64,000 bases of DNA, taken from Geosiphon pyriformis uo1. Taxonomy: Eukaryota > Fungi > Glomeromycota. Location: assembly GCA_016748015.1 (NCBI GenBank), contig JAAOMT010000239.1, positions 477,038 through 541,037 of the forward strand, read 5' to 3'. Shown here piece by piece: positions 48,853 to 62,766 of this stretch (its first letter is position 1; each line of letters opens with the position of its first letter). Under the pieces are notes generated by a model. That model made no database searches. It worked only from the letters and a program-made list of their open reading frames with translations, and was not told the origin of the DNA. Position numbers and translations under genes: made by a program.

Positions 48853-51300
48853 ATGCCCCCTTCACGTTCTAAACATGTTGCCATACTAGGAGGAGGCATC
48901 TCAGGTTTGGCGACTGCGTGGCATCTAGCCCGTAGTTCACCCAGTACAAAAATAACCTTACTTGAAGGGGCAAACAGGCTAGGAGGCTGGATACAAACCA
49001 AACGAGTTGGCGATCGCCAACTTCTTTTTGAACTTGGGCCAAGAACGCTGAGGCCTTCTGGTCTGAGTGGATTGGCTACACTGGATATGGTCAGTAATGA
49101 TGTCTTTCTTCCATATGTTACAACTGGCCTTTTCCTTCTATATCTTATAAATATCAGTTTACTAATCTGCTTGATGTTTGTATAAGAAAAATAGATTTCT
49201 GAATTAAGCTCGATCTCTTCAATTATAGCAATATCTTCCTCCCATTTAACAGCCAAAAATCGATTCATTTATTATCCTGATCGACTCAACAAAATTCCCT
49301 CCTCTCTTTTTGGGGGTATCACTTCTCTCTTCAGTCTGCCGGTTATGCAAGGAGTAATATCGGGATTATTACGTGAACCATTTGTTCAAACTAAGCATCT
49401 GGATGATGAAAGCATTCACAGTTTTATCTCTAGGCGACTTGACCAGCGACTTTCTGATAATATGATTAGTGCCGTAATACATGGAATCTATGCAGGCGAT
49501 GTGACAAAGCTTTCTTTGAGATCCACACTCCCTTTTTTATATTATGCAGAACGTAAACATGGCTCGATTTTCAAAGGGGTAATCAAGGGTAGAAATCAGC
49601 TCATTCCTTACTCCCAGCAGGATCAGTTGCTCCAAATGACAGCTAAGAAAAATCCTGAGCTGTTGGATAGGATAAAAAAATTTAGTCTTTATTCATTTCG
49701 CGATGGAGTTGAGGAGTTGACAAGAGCGATCGAAAAAGATCTAGTTGCTAAAATGAATGTGGCTATCAAGATTGGACAGCAAGTCAAAAGTTTGACATTT
49801 GAAAACGGGCTTCAGGTAAGAAATTAATTTTTGCGACTGGTTTTTCAATTGATCAAATTTATTTTGACTGTAAAATTACGAGTTAAGCTCCAATTGCCAG
49901 TGTTTTGGAAACGTGATCTCCTTGAGTAAAGGTAGCATAAATCCTGGAGAAATTTTTTGTCGATTGATTTTTCTTCCTAGAAATCATTTTGTGGAGATAG
50001 GTTTTCATGGAAAATCAAAATATCACATGCTCGGATGGCTGAGAGGAAAAGCGTCGCATTTTACATTTCGAGGTGCACCAATAGCCGTTATTGGCTAATT
50101 TAATGAGGGGATCATCAGTCGTGTCATTTGCTGAAATTTTCAATCCTGGATCAACATCGCAATTGGAAAGCTCAAATCCTTTTGCTTTTTTATAACACAT
50201 TTGGCTTGCACTATTAATGGTTTTCAATGAGCTTCTGCTGCTCTATGGAAAGTTTCGTGCATACTTTAATCGAAGATTTCGGGAATTTTATATAATTGAG
50301 AACATCACTCATTTTGACTATTGTAGAGGGCTCTTGCAAAAAGATAGCAGAATCGCAAGTTAAGAATCAATGTTTTCGAATGAAGCCTTTTCGAAATATA
50401 GTGACATGTCAAGCTTGATAATTATAGCATCAATCGCCTTTTTCACTATCAGACCCAAGATATGAGAAGAAAACTCTGAAACTTATGAAAGCTAGGAGTT
50501 TTTATTTAATAGAAACAGATTCTCAACCAGTCTCCATCCCTTTTTTCTACTTGTTCCTCTCCCGCTTATTTACATCATTTTTGCTATAGGTCCATACAAA
50601 CCAAGAAAATTTTTTCGTGGACCACGTGATAAGCACAATTCCATCACACGAGCTGCACAAAATACTTGAAAACTCAACAATATTACCAAAATTACCACAC
50701 CTAAATTACAACCCTTCAGTAACAGTGGCTGTGGTTAACCTTGCCTATAAACGTTCCAATCTTCTTCCGGTTGAGGGTTTTGGATACTTGTTACCTCGTT
50801 CTACCCCAAACAATCCATACCACGCCTTGGGCGTTGTATTCGATTCATGTGCCATGCCTGATCAAGATTCTGATGCATTCCCAAATCTCACGAAAGTCAC
50901 AGTTATGTTAGGGGGTCATTATTATGATGATTTCCATGTTAAAATTCCGGATGAAGATGAATTATTATTGCAGGCGCGAGAAATATTGCAAAATCATTTA
51001 AATATTATTGCTACTCCTGAAGATTCGTTGGTTAGTGTTCAAAAAAAATGTATCCCACAGTATTACGTGGGGCATTATCAAAGGATGCAAGAGTTGCATA
51101 TGGGAATAAAACAAGGTATTTATAAGGGAAAGCTTAGTGTAACTGGGGCCAGCTATTGGGGTGTTAGTATTAATGATTGTGTATTAAACGCGCGAAAGTT
51201 GGCGGAAAGCTTAGCAAAGAAATTTTCAAGTGAAAAAGAGGGAAATGGTGATCTTGTTATTACCGGTTTAGAAAGAGTTGAAGATACATCTGAAGATTAG
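48853..51300 (+). CDS. HEM14: Protoporphyrinogen oxidase; exons 48853-49089, 49195-49815, 50590-51300
   Basis: FAD-binding VAILGGGISGLA; RLGGWI; FELGPRTLRP; GIYAGD; GFGYLLP; CIPQYYVGH; GVSINDCV. Confidence 0.96.
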
Positions 51301-51784
51301 GCATTTTTTATAGTTCTAATTAATTTGGAGATTATTTCATTTTTTAAAGTTAACTTGATGATTTAGTCCATGTTAACCTTAAACTTTAATTCAAATTTGA
51401 TGTTCAATACTTCAAAATAAAACAATTTTTTAAATCTGTTTAAATTTTTAAATTTAATAAAATGGTTTTATGATGAAACAAATTTGTTATTTAATTTTGT
51501 TGAATGAATGTTTTTAACAACACTTTTTTTTAATTTTGAGATTACAACTAAAAAAACGATTTTTACTTTTTTTATAATAACTAAAAAACAATTTTAGTAT
51601 TATTATAACTATTATCAAAATTTTTAATTACTTTTATTAAATTTTAAAAAACCAAAAAACAACAATTATTATTTTTTTTATTTTTTTTAAAAAGTGTAAT
51701 TATAATTAATATCCAAATTATTTTTATTTCAAAAAAGTTAAATTATAAACTGACTTTATTTTTTATAATATATAACTAATTACT

Positions 51785-52124
51785 TAGATTAAAGTTAATA
51801 AATACTTATTTATTCTTTAAATTAAAAATAATTAATAAATACTTGTTTATTATAAATTTGTTTTTACAATTATTTTTTAGTTTTTTCTTTATAAAACATT
51901 ATTTTTTTTAATAGTATATTATAAATTACAAGTTTTTTCATAATTTAAAACAATAATAAGCAAATTAGTAAATTATATATATTTAAAAAAATTTTTTTTT
52001 AACTAATTAAAATTTTTAAGCAAATAATTATTTATTTATTTAAATACTTATTTATTCTTTAAATTAAAAATATTTAATACTTTAAAATTAACAAAATAAT
52101 TAATAAATACTTGTTTATTATAAA
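51785..52124. repeat. AT-rich repeat unit of about 270 bp, resumed at about 58889-59080 on the far side of LINE copy 3
   Basis: AATAAATACTTGTTTATTATAAATTT occurs at about 51834 and 52102. The continuation (TTTTTACAATTATT...AATAATAAGCAAATTA.TAAATTATATAT) reappears after 58889. Confidence 0.6.
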
Positions 52125-55100
52125 TTTATTTATTTATTTTTTATTTATTTATTTAACGAGTGAGGTCCAAACACTACCTAGTACAATACATTATACAAGT
52201 AATCTAAACTAGGCGTGAATCATGCTCTTTCTACACGTGACCAGTCACTCAGACTAGTCAGGACAACACTAGGCACCTATATGCACTGAGACCAAGTTAC
52301 CTATACCTGAAAAGAATAAACTAGATCTATGAAACCCAAAACCAATACCAATTGCATCAGCAATACCCAATAATCTAACCACATTGGACAAGAGTACCGA
52401 AAGAAGACCAGAAACCGAGACAGGAATAGAACCATCACGTGGGATTAAGCCACCCTTCTCCATAACAGCTCTGTGTTTCACATGAACCAGCCAAATATCA
52501 TCACGGAATGCAAGACAAAAATCATGCACAAATGCCACAATATTCTGAGCCACTATTTTAGAGTCCTTGAAAACAGAAAAAGATTCACGATACTACTCAT
52601 TGAAAACAAAGCTCTTACATATAGCCGCACCAACAACAGCATTGGAAGTGCAAGCAGAAAGTGACTGTGAAACACATGAAGTCGAGTGAGATAAATCTGA
52701 GCGTGTTTCCCAAACAAATGCATAAGCGTTCATCAACCAGGCACAATCACCAGCATCAAATGGGCACAAAAACACATAATCTGAAATTTCAACATTGCCA
52801 CAGAACAAACACATTACACTGGGGTACCCCTTATCGTAAAAACGCTTTCGCACAGCAACAGGAAAACAATAATGCAACATCTTCATAAAATATGTTCGAT
52901 AACCAGCAATACGTGCACTAGTGAAACCAGCGGCCAAATGAGAGTCTGGATGTCACACCGAACATGACCTGACCCAATCAACATCAGCACATAAGCTGTT
53001 CACCAATACCTGAGAACCAGAACTGACCTCCCAATGTGCACGGTGAATAGAGCGGAAAACATTATGAACAAAATGCCTAAAATTACCAGAAACCACAATA
53101 CCACCAGCCTTGAGAAAATGTTCATCAATCCTGTAAGGAAAATGCACACCAGAAAACGCAGCAGCCCTAGCCAAAGTGTTAGCATGCTCATTGCCCAAGA
53201 CTTCAGAGTGATCTTTAACTTTAATCCAATCAACATCCAAATTTTTGCGACGAATGACATTAGAAATATGGCGGCATTCGACCCAACACCAATTCCTGAA
53301 ATCTGGACATCCCAACATTAACTCTGACCTGTATGCATCCAAAGTGGCCTGGCTGTCCGAAAACAGATTAACTGAATGAGAAGGAGGGACACACTCAAGA
53401 GCCAAAGCAATAGCCTGCAGCTCTGTCATGGTAGAAGAAACCAAACCAGAAACTTCCACACCTAAACCCAAATCAATGTCCTCAAAAAAAACAGTGGCAC
53501 CAGCCTCCATACCAAGAGTACCCAGCCCACACAAAGAACCATCCGTAAACACAGAAAGGCGATCGGAATCAACCTCCAATAAGTGATTGCAAACAACATC
53601 AAACTTGCAAGACTCAAGTATGTCAGATGAGTCAACATTCAGTGACAAAAGAGAACAAATGGAAGATAACCCAGAACCAGACAAAAAGTGAACAGCAGCA
53701 TTGAACCAATCAGGAATTGGGCCCTGAGGGTCCAGTCTCTTTCACCACTTGAAAGTCCTCCATTCAAAAACAGAACCAATTCAATCGCAAAGCTGTTCAA
53801 CAAAGACAATTCCATATTGTCAAAGCAAAGAAACACATTTATAAAAAGCTAACTTGCCAAGAACAATAGACATTGGGGTCCCCTTTTGAAAACGAAAAAC
53901 ATTGGTCATGAGACCACCCAGAGAGAGGTCACAACCCAAAAAAATCCGGATGACACCAGCCAAAAAATTATTTAAAGGACTGATATTAATACGAAAAAGG
54001 AAAAGCAGAGAGTGACAAGGGCGCCAGCTGAGAACTTGTAAATCATGAGACCTATGTGTGAACAGGTGGCCCAAAATACCTACAGAATTGGCAAAACAAA
54101 CAACAGCAGCTGACTTGCTTTCAGCCTGGACCTGCTCAAAAGATTTCAAACTGTACAGAGAAGAATGATGAATAGCATCATTGGGAAAGTTGAGTGACAA
54201 GCCAAATTTGGACTTCAAACCTTTATGAATTATAGTGTCCCATTTCGCACACACTAATAAGAACAAAACTAAACTGAGTCCTGTAGGCAATTATGGGGTG
54301 AAAAACTACTGACACCAAATACAAGAACTGCTTATTAGAAATAGCCTTTTTCAGAACAAGGTTGGTAAAAAATCGGACATCCAAGCGTGCCTTAGCCAAG
54401 CTAGGCTTCAACAAACCCTCAGTAGACAGAAAGATATCCAGGTATCAATGAGGCTCCCCCCTTTTGGCTATCGAAATAGGCAAACTACTGATCAACAAAT
54501 GAGGGCTAGAAACTCTGCAATTAATGGGAATGGCCACCGTTTTGTGATTATTGATCGAAATGTCATTGACTTAAAAAAACCCACTAGTAACATTGAAAAT
54601 ATGTTGGGTGGCAGCCTGGCTGCTACCAATCCAAATCGTATCATCAATAAAAGCACCAGCAGCAAGGAAAGAAGTCAAACCAGCCCGAGATTCAACACGA
54701 CCAGTGTTGGCAACAAAACAAGAGTCTAACCTGTATTCACATACACTTTTTTGTCTCTTGACTTCACACAAAAGAGGATCATAAAATATGTGCCAGAGAA
54801 GAGGAGAAAACACCTCCCTTTGATCCAAACCATCATGTACCCAATATCCATCAGTCAACCCAAAATCCATCATAACTCTGTTGACCCGATCATTGTGGAT
54901 GCTACCAAAAAACCGAATGAATTTATTACACATTTTTATTCTGACCAAGCTCTTCCTTAAATGCTTCCAGCCAACCGAATCATAAGTCTTTCGCATGTTC
55001 TACAAGACCAGCCACAGCTCTTGGTTCTTCTCCAAAGCATTCTCAATGACCAATCCAATAGCAAAAATAGGAGACTATGTGGTCGTGCCTTTTAAAACAG

Positions 55101-58100
55101 AAAAATTATCTCCCCTCAGAATGTTAAAAACACTACAAGCCAATGAAATTCTGTCCAAAAGCACTTTAGAAAGGATTTTGTGAGCCGTCTCAACCAAAGC
55201 AATAGGACAGGTATTCGTGAGAACACCCTCCCACTCATATGGTTTGGGAATTATCGACACTCAAGCCTCTTTCTAAGGCCCAGGAACAGATTCACACTCC
55301 AAGCAAACATTCAAAAGCACTAAAAGCATATCCAAAACTGATTTGTCGCAATGTTTCCACAACTCATTCGAGATACCAGAGAGACCAGCTGCTTTCCCAT
55401 TAGACAGGTTCGAAACGACATTAGACATCTCATCAAAATCAATTAGGCTCATTACACCAGAAAAAGCATCATCAAAAACATACTCTAAAGGTTGATATTA
55501 GTGATCCCAAACACCAGTAACATCAGAAACTACATTACGCTTCTTAGTTCATCCCTCCATGACTGCATCTACTTTGGCCTTTACCAGAGTGGGCTTCAAA
55601 ACCAACTCATCATCAACAACTAGATGATCCAAAGTTACTTTGCGAAAAAGACATTCTAACACACTCCTAATAGTATGACCTTTGTCCAATTCGAAACTCT
55701 CTATCCTCTTATCTATCGCCGATTTGATTTGAGATTCCTTAACTCACACCACTTTTGATATTTTGGATGCGCAATAAGACTTTTTGACCATAGACAAAAC
55801 TGACTGAATAGCATTGAAGTGAGAACCTGATAGGAAGAAAGACTTCACCGCAGAAGCATTGACCGAATCCAAATCTTCCCACTTGTCGAGCAAGGATGCA
55901 AACTCCACAGCAGAATCCATATGAGATGCTCTAACTAACTTAGACACCAAGAGCTCAAGCTTGTGAAATTTGGATAAATCCTTGCTAAAAATTTTATTAT
56001 ATCCCTTAAATCACTTTTTCTTGAAAACTGTCTCAGCAGATAGACATATCACTTTACAAAGAGCAACCCACATCGAATCCAAGTCCAAGCGGATCCTGGC
56101 TGCAAGAAAACCATCATGAAACATAGCAGCATTTGCCACTGTATCTTCCTTAAATTTGGCCCATTTAACATTATCCACACCTTTGCAATTGTACTTCCAG
56201 CGATCTCTATTTGCTTGCTTATGAACAGAATTCAACTGAACATCGAGCAGACCACCCAAACCCACTAGCACTGAGACAGCTTGATGATCAGTATCAAAGT
56301 ATTCCCCAACGCCAAACACGTTGCGACCCATTATTGCATTGACCAGATTTAAAGAAACAAACATAAAATCAATTGTCTTAGCAATGCCCTGAGAATTGGA
56401 CCAAGTCGGCAATTTCCCACAGGAGCTCCCACCCAAGGCATTAACCAGACCCAAATCCAGACACTTTTTAAAACTTGCACACTTGTGAGAACCATCTTCA
56501 TTGAAATCGCCACCGAGAACAATGAAGGAAAATTCATTAACAGCTTTTGCAATGAGAGAGTTAACTTCACCAGCCTGAGAGAACCAAACTGCTGAGGAAG
56601 CACCAGCATATAGACCCAGAATAGACACCGAAAGTTTATTTTTGAAAAGTAACTTAATGGACAAGAGCCGACCAGGCACCTCTAATACTTTGCACACATG
56701 TCTTACTAAAAAAGAGTTTATGATGACTGCAACACTAGCACCCAGATATCCAGATTCCAAACCAGAGGTAAACACCTGCACACCATCACATTTGTTGACA
56801 ATCCATGGGCGAATTTTCTCTTTTAACTTTGATTCCATAAAAATAGAAACTAAATTGTTCTTCTCCATATGCCAATGAATGACATCGTCCTGTTTCGCAA
56901 GATTGTTCATACCTCTGACGTTGCAAGTAGCAATATTCCAAACCAGACTGTCCATTAAGAAGAAAAAAAATTTGAACCCACTCCAAAACTGTCCACTTTG
57001 GCTGAAAGTCCCAGAACTGTTTTCATTAGACACTTCATGCTGTCTTCTAACTTGGATACCAAAGATACATCAAAAGACACTGTTCCCACAACAATCTCAC
57101 CACTAGTGGCTGCACCTAAATCCTCACTCATTACTATATCCGCCTCTTGATTCTGTGATAAAGGGGTCACCAATGGCTGACATCCAGAGCTCGGCTGGGA
57201 AACCGTTGGCCCAAGTGCATCCAACCTTTTAGCCAGCTTACCCACCTACTCCGTGAGGCTGGCGAGACTGCACTCAAGAGCAGCAAACCTATCATTGACT
57301 TCCATCGAAACCAGCAGGGATGGCACCAACTCCGAAGAGGAACCAGATTTCACTAAAGCATTTCATCCAGAGAGAGGAGAAAAAGAAAACCCACTAGCAA
57401 TCTTTGCCCAAGAGAGACCACCAAAAGAGACTGGACGAGCAATTGGAGCTGATTGCTTGGTGTAGATGGCTGCCAATCTGCTTTTATCTGTGTCTGACAA
57501 GACTCTACGTGAAGACAAACCTGAAGAAACTCTCCCACCAATCGCACAGCCCAATGACGTATGGCCTGATTTCCCATACTTGGCACACTTGACCAAAACA
57601 AGACAAGACCAGCATAGATTGGTGCCCCTCAACACTGGCGTGGTTCCTATGATGGTCTTCAATGATTCAGCAGAATCAAAACAGACAATAGCACACCTAG
57701 CCCTAGCATATGTAACTGGATGACGATCAATAACACACGTCTTCCCACCCACAGAACCAATAAAATCTCAGATGTCATGAGCAGTCATACCCATTGGCAG
57801 AGTATAGAGCAGCACCCTATGCTGGTCCTTCGCATTCTATGATTCTTTGTCCAAATCTGATCTAGCCACCCGCACAGCATCCTTCCCGATTAAGATTGAC
57901 CACTCTGCCGTGACCAAATCAGCGTGTTCTGATTGCTCAAATTCTACCACAGCCTTCTGCTACAGCCCCACCAATTGCATCTTGATCGACTTAATTATCC
58001 CAAACTCAGAGAGCGCAGCATGCACAGCCTCAGCTGATGTTCCAACTGAAATTTCCTTCAACACCACAGCCCGATCTGAGCAACCAGCTGATCTCTTAAG

Positions 58101-58888
58101 ATCGGTGTTTACCATGACATTCGCACCAGTAGCCTTTTCAGTGGCTTTTATTAGACTCGATTCGGAAGTAAATGTCACTCTGATGATTCCTGAGAATTTT
58201 GAGAGAGTAGATGCCCCCTTAAAACCATTGATACCAGAAAATAATTTCCTCACCACTACAAGCTTTTCCTGAGAAGATTTGCCGGCCACCTTATCCAAGC
58301 CAATATCCAATGCAAATGACTTCTTGACTGGAACATTGACCAAATTTTTCATAAGAGAAGGGAGCTCAAGAGGAGCATCCGAGAGAACACCATCTTTTGA
58401 GAAGTCAATCTTTCCCAATGGCTTGTCCAATGCCTTTTTGGTTTTAACTTTCAAACTCGTGAGCATCTAATCATAATTTCCACCAGCCAGAGCTCTACCT
58501 TCACCATAATCAAAGCTGGTTTCTTCCACTAGACACTCTTCTTCCATATTAACACTTTCAGACTTAGTAGTGTCTTCAGTCTCCGAATCCCATGAACAAC
58601 CACCAAGAACTTCAGCAGCAACCCCTCTATTATCAACACCTTCTGCCAATGCACCTCCCTTCCTCTTTTTCCTTGATACAACTACCTTAAAACCACTCTC
58701 AGAACCAGAAACTTTAGCAGTTTTTTTCATAACAGCAATAACAGAGCCAACAGTGGTCTCATAATCGAAGAACGGTTTTGATTTATCATACTAAATGGTA
58801 AAAAACTTTTTTCGAAAAAACTTTTGACTCTTTTTCGGGAATTTTGGACGAAGGAGAGAAAGAAGTTTTTTTATTTTTCTTTTTAGTT
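52125..58888 (-). mobile_element. Full-length LINE copy 3
   Basis: ORF1 58730-56955 and ORF2 56955-52269 (TCNVRG, GGDFN, AFIDD, VFTDGS, CLFCG) overlap at TAATG. Structured tail with (TAAA)n. Boundaries approximate. Confidence 0.95.
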
Positions 58889-59254
58889 CTTTATTTTTAC
58901 AATTATTATTATTATTATTTTTTTTTTTTTATAAAATTTTTTTATTTTTTTAATAATACATAAATTATAGATTTTTTTAAGTAATAATAAGCAAATTACT
59001 AAATTATATATATTAAAAAAATGAATTTTTTTCTGTTTTTTAATTAATAAAATTTTTAAACAAATATTTAATTAATTCAAACATATTTAAAATTTAAAAT
59101 TTTAGTAATATAAATTTATTTTTCATATTTATAACAAAATCTGCTTTGAATTAATAAAAGAAAAATAACCAAATTTATTAAAAAACCAATTTTAATAATA
59201 ATAGACTTAATTAATTTAAACAAATTTTAAAACTTGGACTTAAATAAACTAAAT

Positions 59255-62200
59255 TTTTTTTTTTTTTCCACTTTTAATGAGTGAAGCCCAATTGCTATCT
59301 AATACATAGAGTCAAACTAAGTGACCCAAACTAAATGCAATTTACACACTTAGTACATATGACTAGCCACTCAAGCCAGTCAAGGCAACACTACACATCT
59401 ATAATGACACTAACAACACCACCTAGACCAGAAAAAAACAGTATGGCAAATAATGACCAAAGCTAACAGCAAATAATTTGACCATACCAAGCATTCTAAC
59501 CACTCCACCCAATAATATAGAAGAAACAACACAAAACAGACCAGAAACAACTCTACTATCATCAACTAAACCAGCCTTCTCCATCCGCATCCTGTGCTCA
59601 GACCTTATCAACCATGCCCTCACACAATGTAAATCAGCTACAAACCTAACAAAATTGACAATTTCACCAATGGCCTGCTTCTTATCATCAAATACACCCC
59701 AAGTCTCTTCACACTATTCATTTAGCACAAAGCCTTTACACACAATAGAATACAAACCAACATCCAAAAAACAGGCAAACAATGTCTGCAAAACAGCTGA
59801 AGACAACGAGTTACAAAGATCCACCACCAAAACCCAATGAATAAAAGTCTCAACCAGAATCTCATCATGAATAACAACATTCCGAGGGCATGTGAAGACA
59901 TAATCAGAAAATTCCACTTCATCACACAGCAGACACAATACGCCAGGATAACTCTTATCATACAGTTTTTCCGAACAGCTACCGAAAGATGCCTGTGCAC
60001 AGCCTTCATCAAATATAAGCACAAGCTCAAAGTTTTCTGACCAGTGAATCCAGTAAGCATATAAAAGTTTGGATGCCAAACTTTCGCAGTAGAAATCCAG
60101 TCTACACATCCAATTAAGTCAACAGATACCACACCCACACCAGGCCCAGCCTTCCAGTGAGCACAATTAATAGATTAAAAAATGTCTCTTACAAAGTGGT
60201 GGGCATTGTCAGAGATTGCCATGTTTTCAGCCACCAAATAATGTTCATGAACTCCTGCCAACAAAGAGAAGAAAGATCAAGCAGCTTTCCAGCTGCCAAA
60301 TTAGCCTTAATATTACCTGAAATGCCAGAATGGCTCTTAATCTTAACCCAAACCACCTTGAGATCTTTTTTCCTAACCAAATTGAAAATATGATGTCTCT
60401 CCAACCAGCACCGATTACGAAAATCAGGCATAGCACAAGACAACTCCGACAAGCAGACATCAATAGCAGCTTGGCTATCAATATGCAAAATCACCTGACA
60501 AGAAGAAGATACACACTCAAGAGCCAATACAACAGCCTGCAACTTAGCCAGAGTAGAGGACAATAGACCACCAACCACAACACCAACACTCTTATCCAAA
60601 ATCAGAAAATATGCAGCAGCACCACAAGTAGCATCAACTAAGCCAGCATTTCTCAAAGATTTATCAGTATACACCTCAAAGCAACTAGACCAGATATCAT
60701 GCAATTCATCTTTTACCAGGAAAAACACATCAGAATCTAAAATGTTTGTATCAGCAGACTGAGCAAAACCAGCAGAACTGGAAGCAAAAAAGCCCTGAAC
60801 TAGCATAAACTCGGATGTGACCAAAAACCAGTATGGCACAAGGCCTCTTGGATCCAATCTTTTCCAACAATGAAAAGTCTTCCAATCTAACACATGGCCC
60901 CTTTTATCCAAAAGCTGATCACCAAAAGCAACCCCAAAACACTTCAGAGAGTGAACAGAATTAAAATACTCAGAACTACCTAGAATTGATGAAAGTGGAA
61001 AACGACCTGGGCTGTGAAAGGCATTGGGAAGATTGTTAGCCAAAGAAAGCTTATTACTCAAAAAAATCTTCGCAATCCCAGCCAAAAAGTTGTTAACCAG
61101 ACTAACACACAGCTTGACAAGAAACTGCAAAGAATCCAGAAAAGCCCAACCAAGAACCTACAAGTCTAAAAACCTATGATCAAACAAATGCTCAAGGACT
61201 CCAAAGGCATTAGAAAAGGACACTAAAGCAGCAATCTTCCCTTCAGATTGCACTTGTTCAAAAGTTTTCAAGCCATACAAAGAAGAGTGATATAAGGCAG
61301 CATCCGGAAAATCACGAGGCAAACCAGCTTTGGACTTAAGACTCTTCCTAACTATGACATCCCATTTGCGACAAACACCAGACAAAACAAAACTAAATTG
61401 AGTCTGGTAATTAACAATAGGCTGCAAGACAGCCAAGACCAAATATAAGAACTGTTTATCTGTGATGGTCTTTCTGAGCACGATGTTAACAAAAAAACGA
61501 ACATCAGAGTAAGCTTTGGATACACTAGGTATAGACAAACCCTCCATAGACAAGAAGATATCCAGATAATGATGAGCTTCACTCTTTTTAGCAATCAAGA
61601 TTGGCTGACCACAAATACTCAGAGAGGCAACCCTAACACTCTGGTTAATGGGAATAGCCACCATCTTATCATTATTAATAGAAATATTATTGATTTCAAA
61701 GAACTCACTGGCAATATTCAGAGCATACTGAGTAGAGGCCTGACAATTTCCAATCTAAATTGTATCATCGATGAATGCACCAGCTGCCAAGTAAGACGTC
61801 ATCCCACTCACACCTTCAACTCTGCCTGTTTTTGCAACAAACTTAGAATCAACACGGTATCCACATAAATGCTTGTGTTTTTTTACTTCACATAAGAGAG
61901 ATTCATAGAAAATCCTCCATAAAAGAGGCAAAAAAACTTCACTCTGGTCCAATCCATTATGTACACTATAGTCATCTGACAAGCCAAAATCAGTCATCAT
62001 CCTGTTAACCCTATCTTTGTGAATGTTTCCAAAAAATCCAATAAACCTTTTACACATTTTGATGTGCCGCAAACTAGCTCTCAAGTGAGACCAACCAACA
62101 GAATCATACATCTTCTGCATATCCTGCAAAACCAACCAAATTTCTCTATTTTTTTCAAGAGCATCCTTCACAACTAAACCAACCACAAACACTGGAGATA

Positions 62201-62766
62201 GTGTAGAAGTACCTCAGAGCACCAAAAAATTATCATTTCAGAGAACACCAAACTTATTACAAGCCAAAGAGATGCGATCAGACAAAATTTTTCTGGCAGT
62301 TTCAATCAAAGCAATAGGTCGAGTGTTTGTAAGAATTCCATCCCAATCATAAGGCTTTGAGATCATTGAGACCCACGCTCTTTTCCAAAAAGCAGACACC
62401 ATGCCAACAGATAAGCACATATTTAGCAATACCAAAAGACATTCCAACATCTTACCACAACTATGTTTCCAAAGTTCATTGGGAATGCCAGACAAGCCAG
62501 CAGCTTTGCCATTAGGAAGACCATTAGTAACCAAAAGTAATTCATTCATGCTAATCACACTCATCACACTAAAAAAGGCATTATTTTTAACATAGACCAA
62601 AGATGCATACTGACAAGTTCAGAGATCAGACAGCACCATAGGCATCATATGCTTCCATGTCTAACCCTCTATAATCTTGTCAGCACTTAACCTGACCTTT
62701 TCCGGCTCCAATATCAACTTATCATCAACCACCAAGTGATCCAATACCATCTTTTGAAATGGCCAA
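59255..62766 (-). mobile_element. LINE copy 4, 3' half (RT, RNase H, zinc finger), interrupted by an LTR
   Basis: PNGKAAGLSG, LQDMQKMYDSVGW, AFIDD, VYTDKSL, WVKIKSHSG. Stop at 59391-59393, then the tail and an A run. Confidence 0.93.

Noticed and set aside
52150-52272. LINE tail as a known ribozyme (hairpin, hammerhead, HDV) or a tRNA
   Set aside because: The catalytic core consensus sequences and tRNA arms could not be matched, so it is kept only as an unknown structure.
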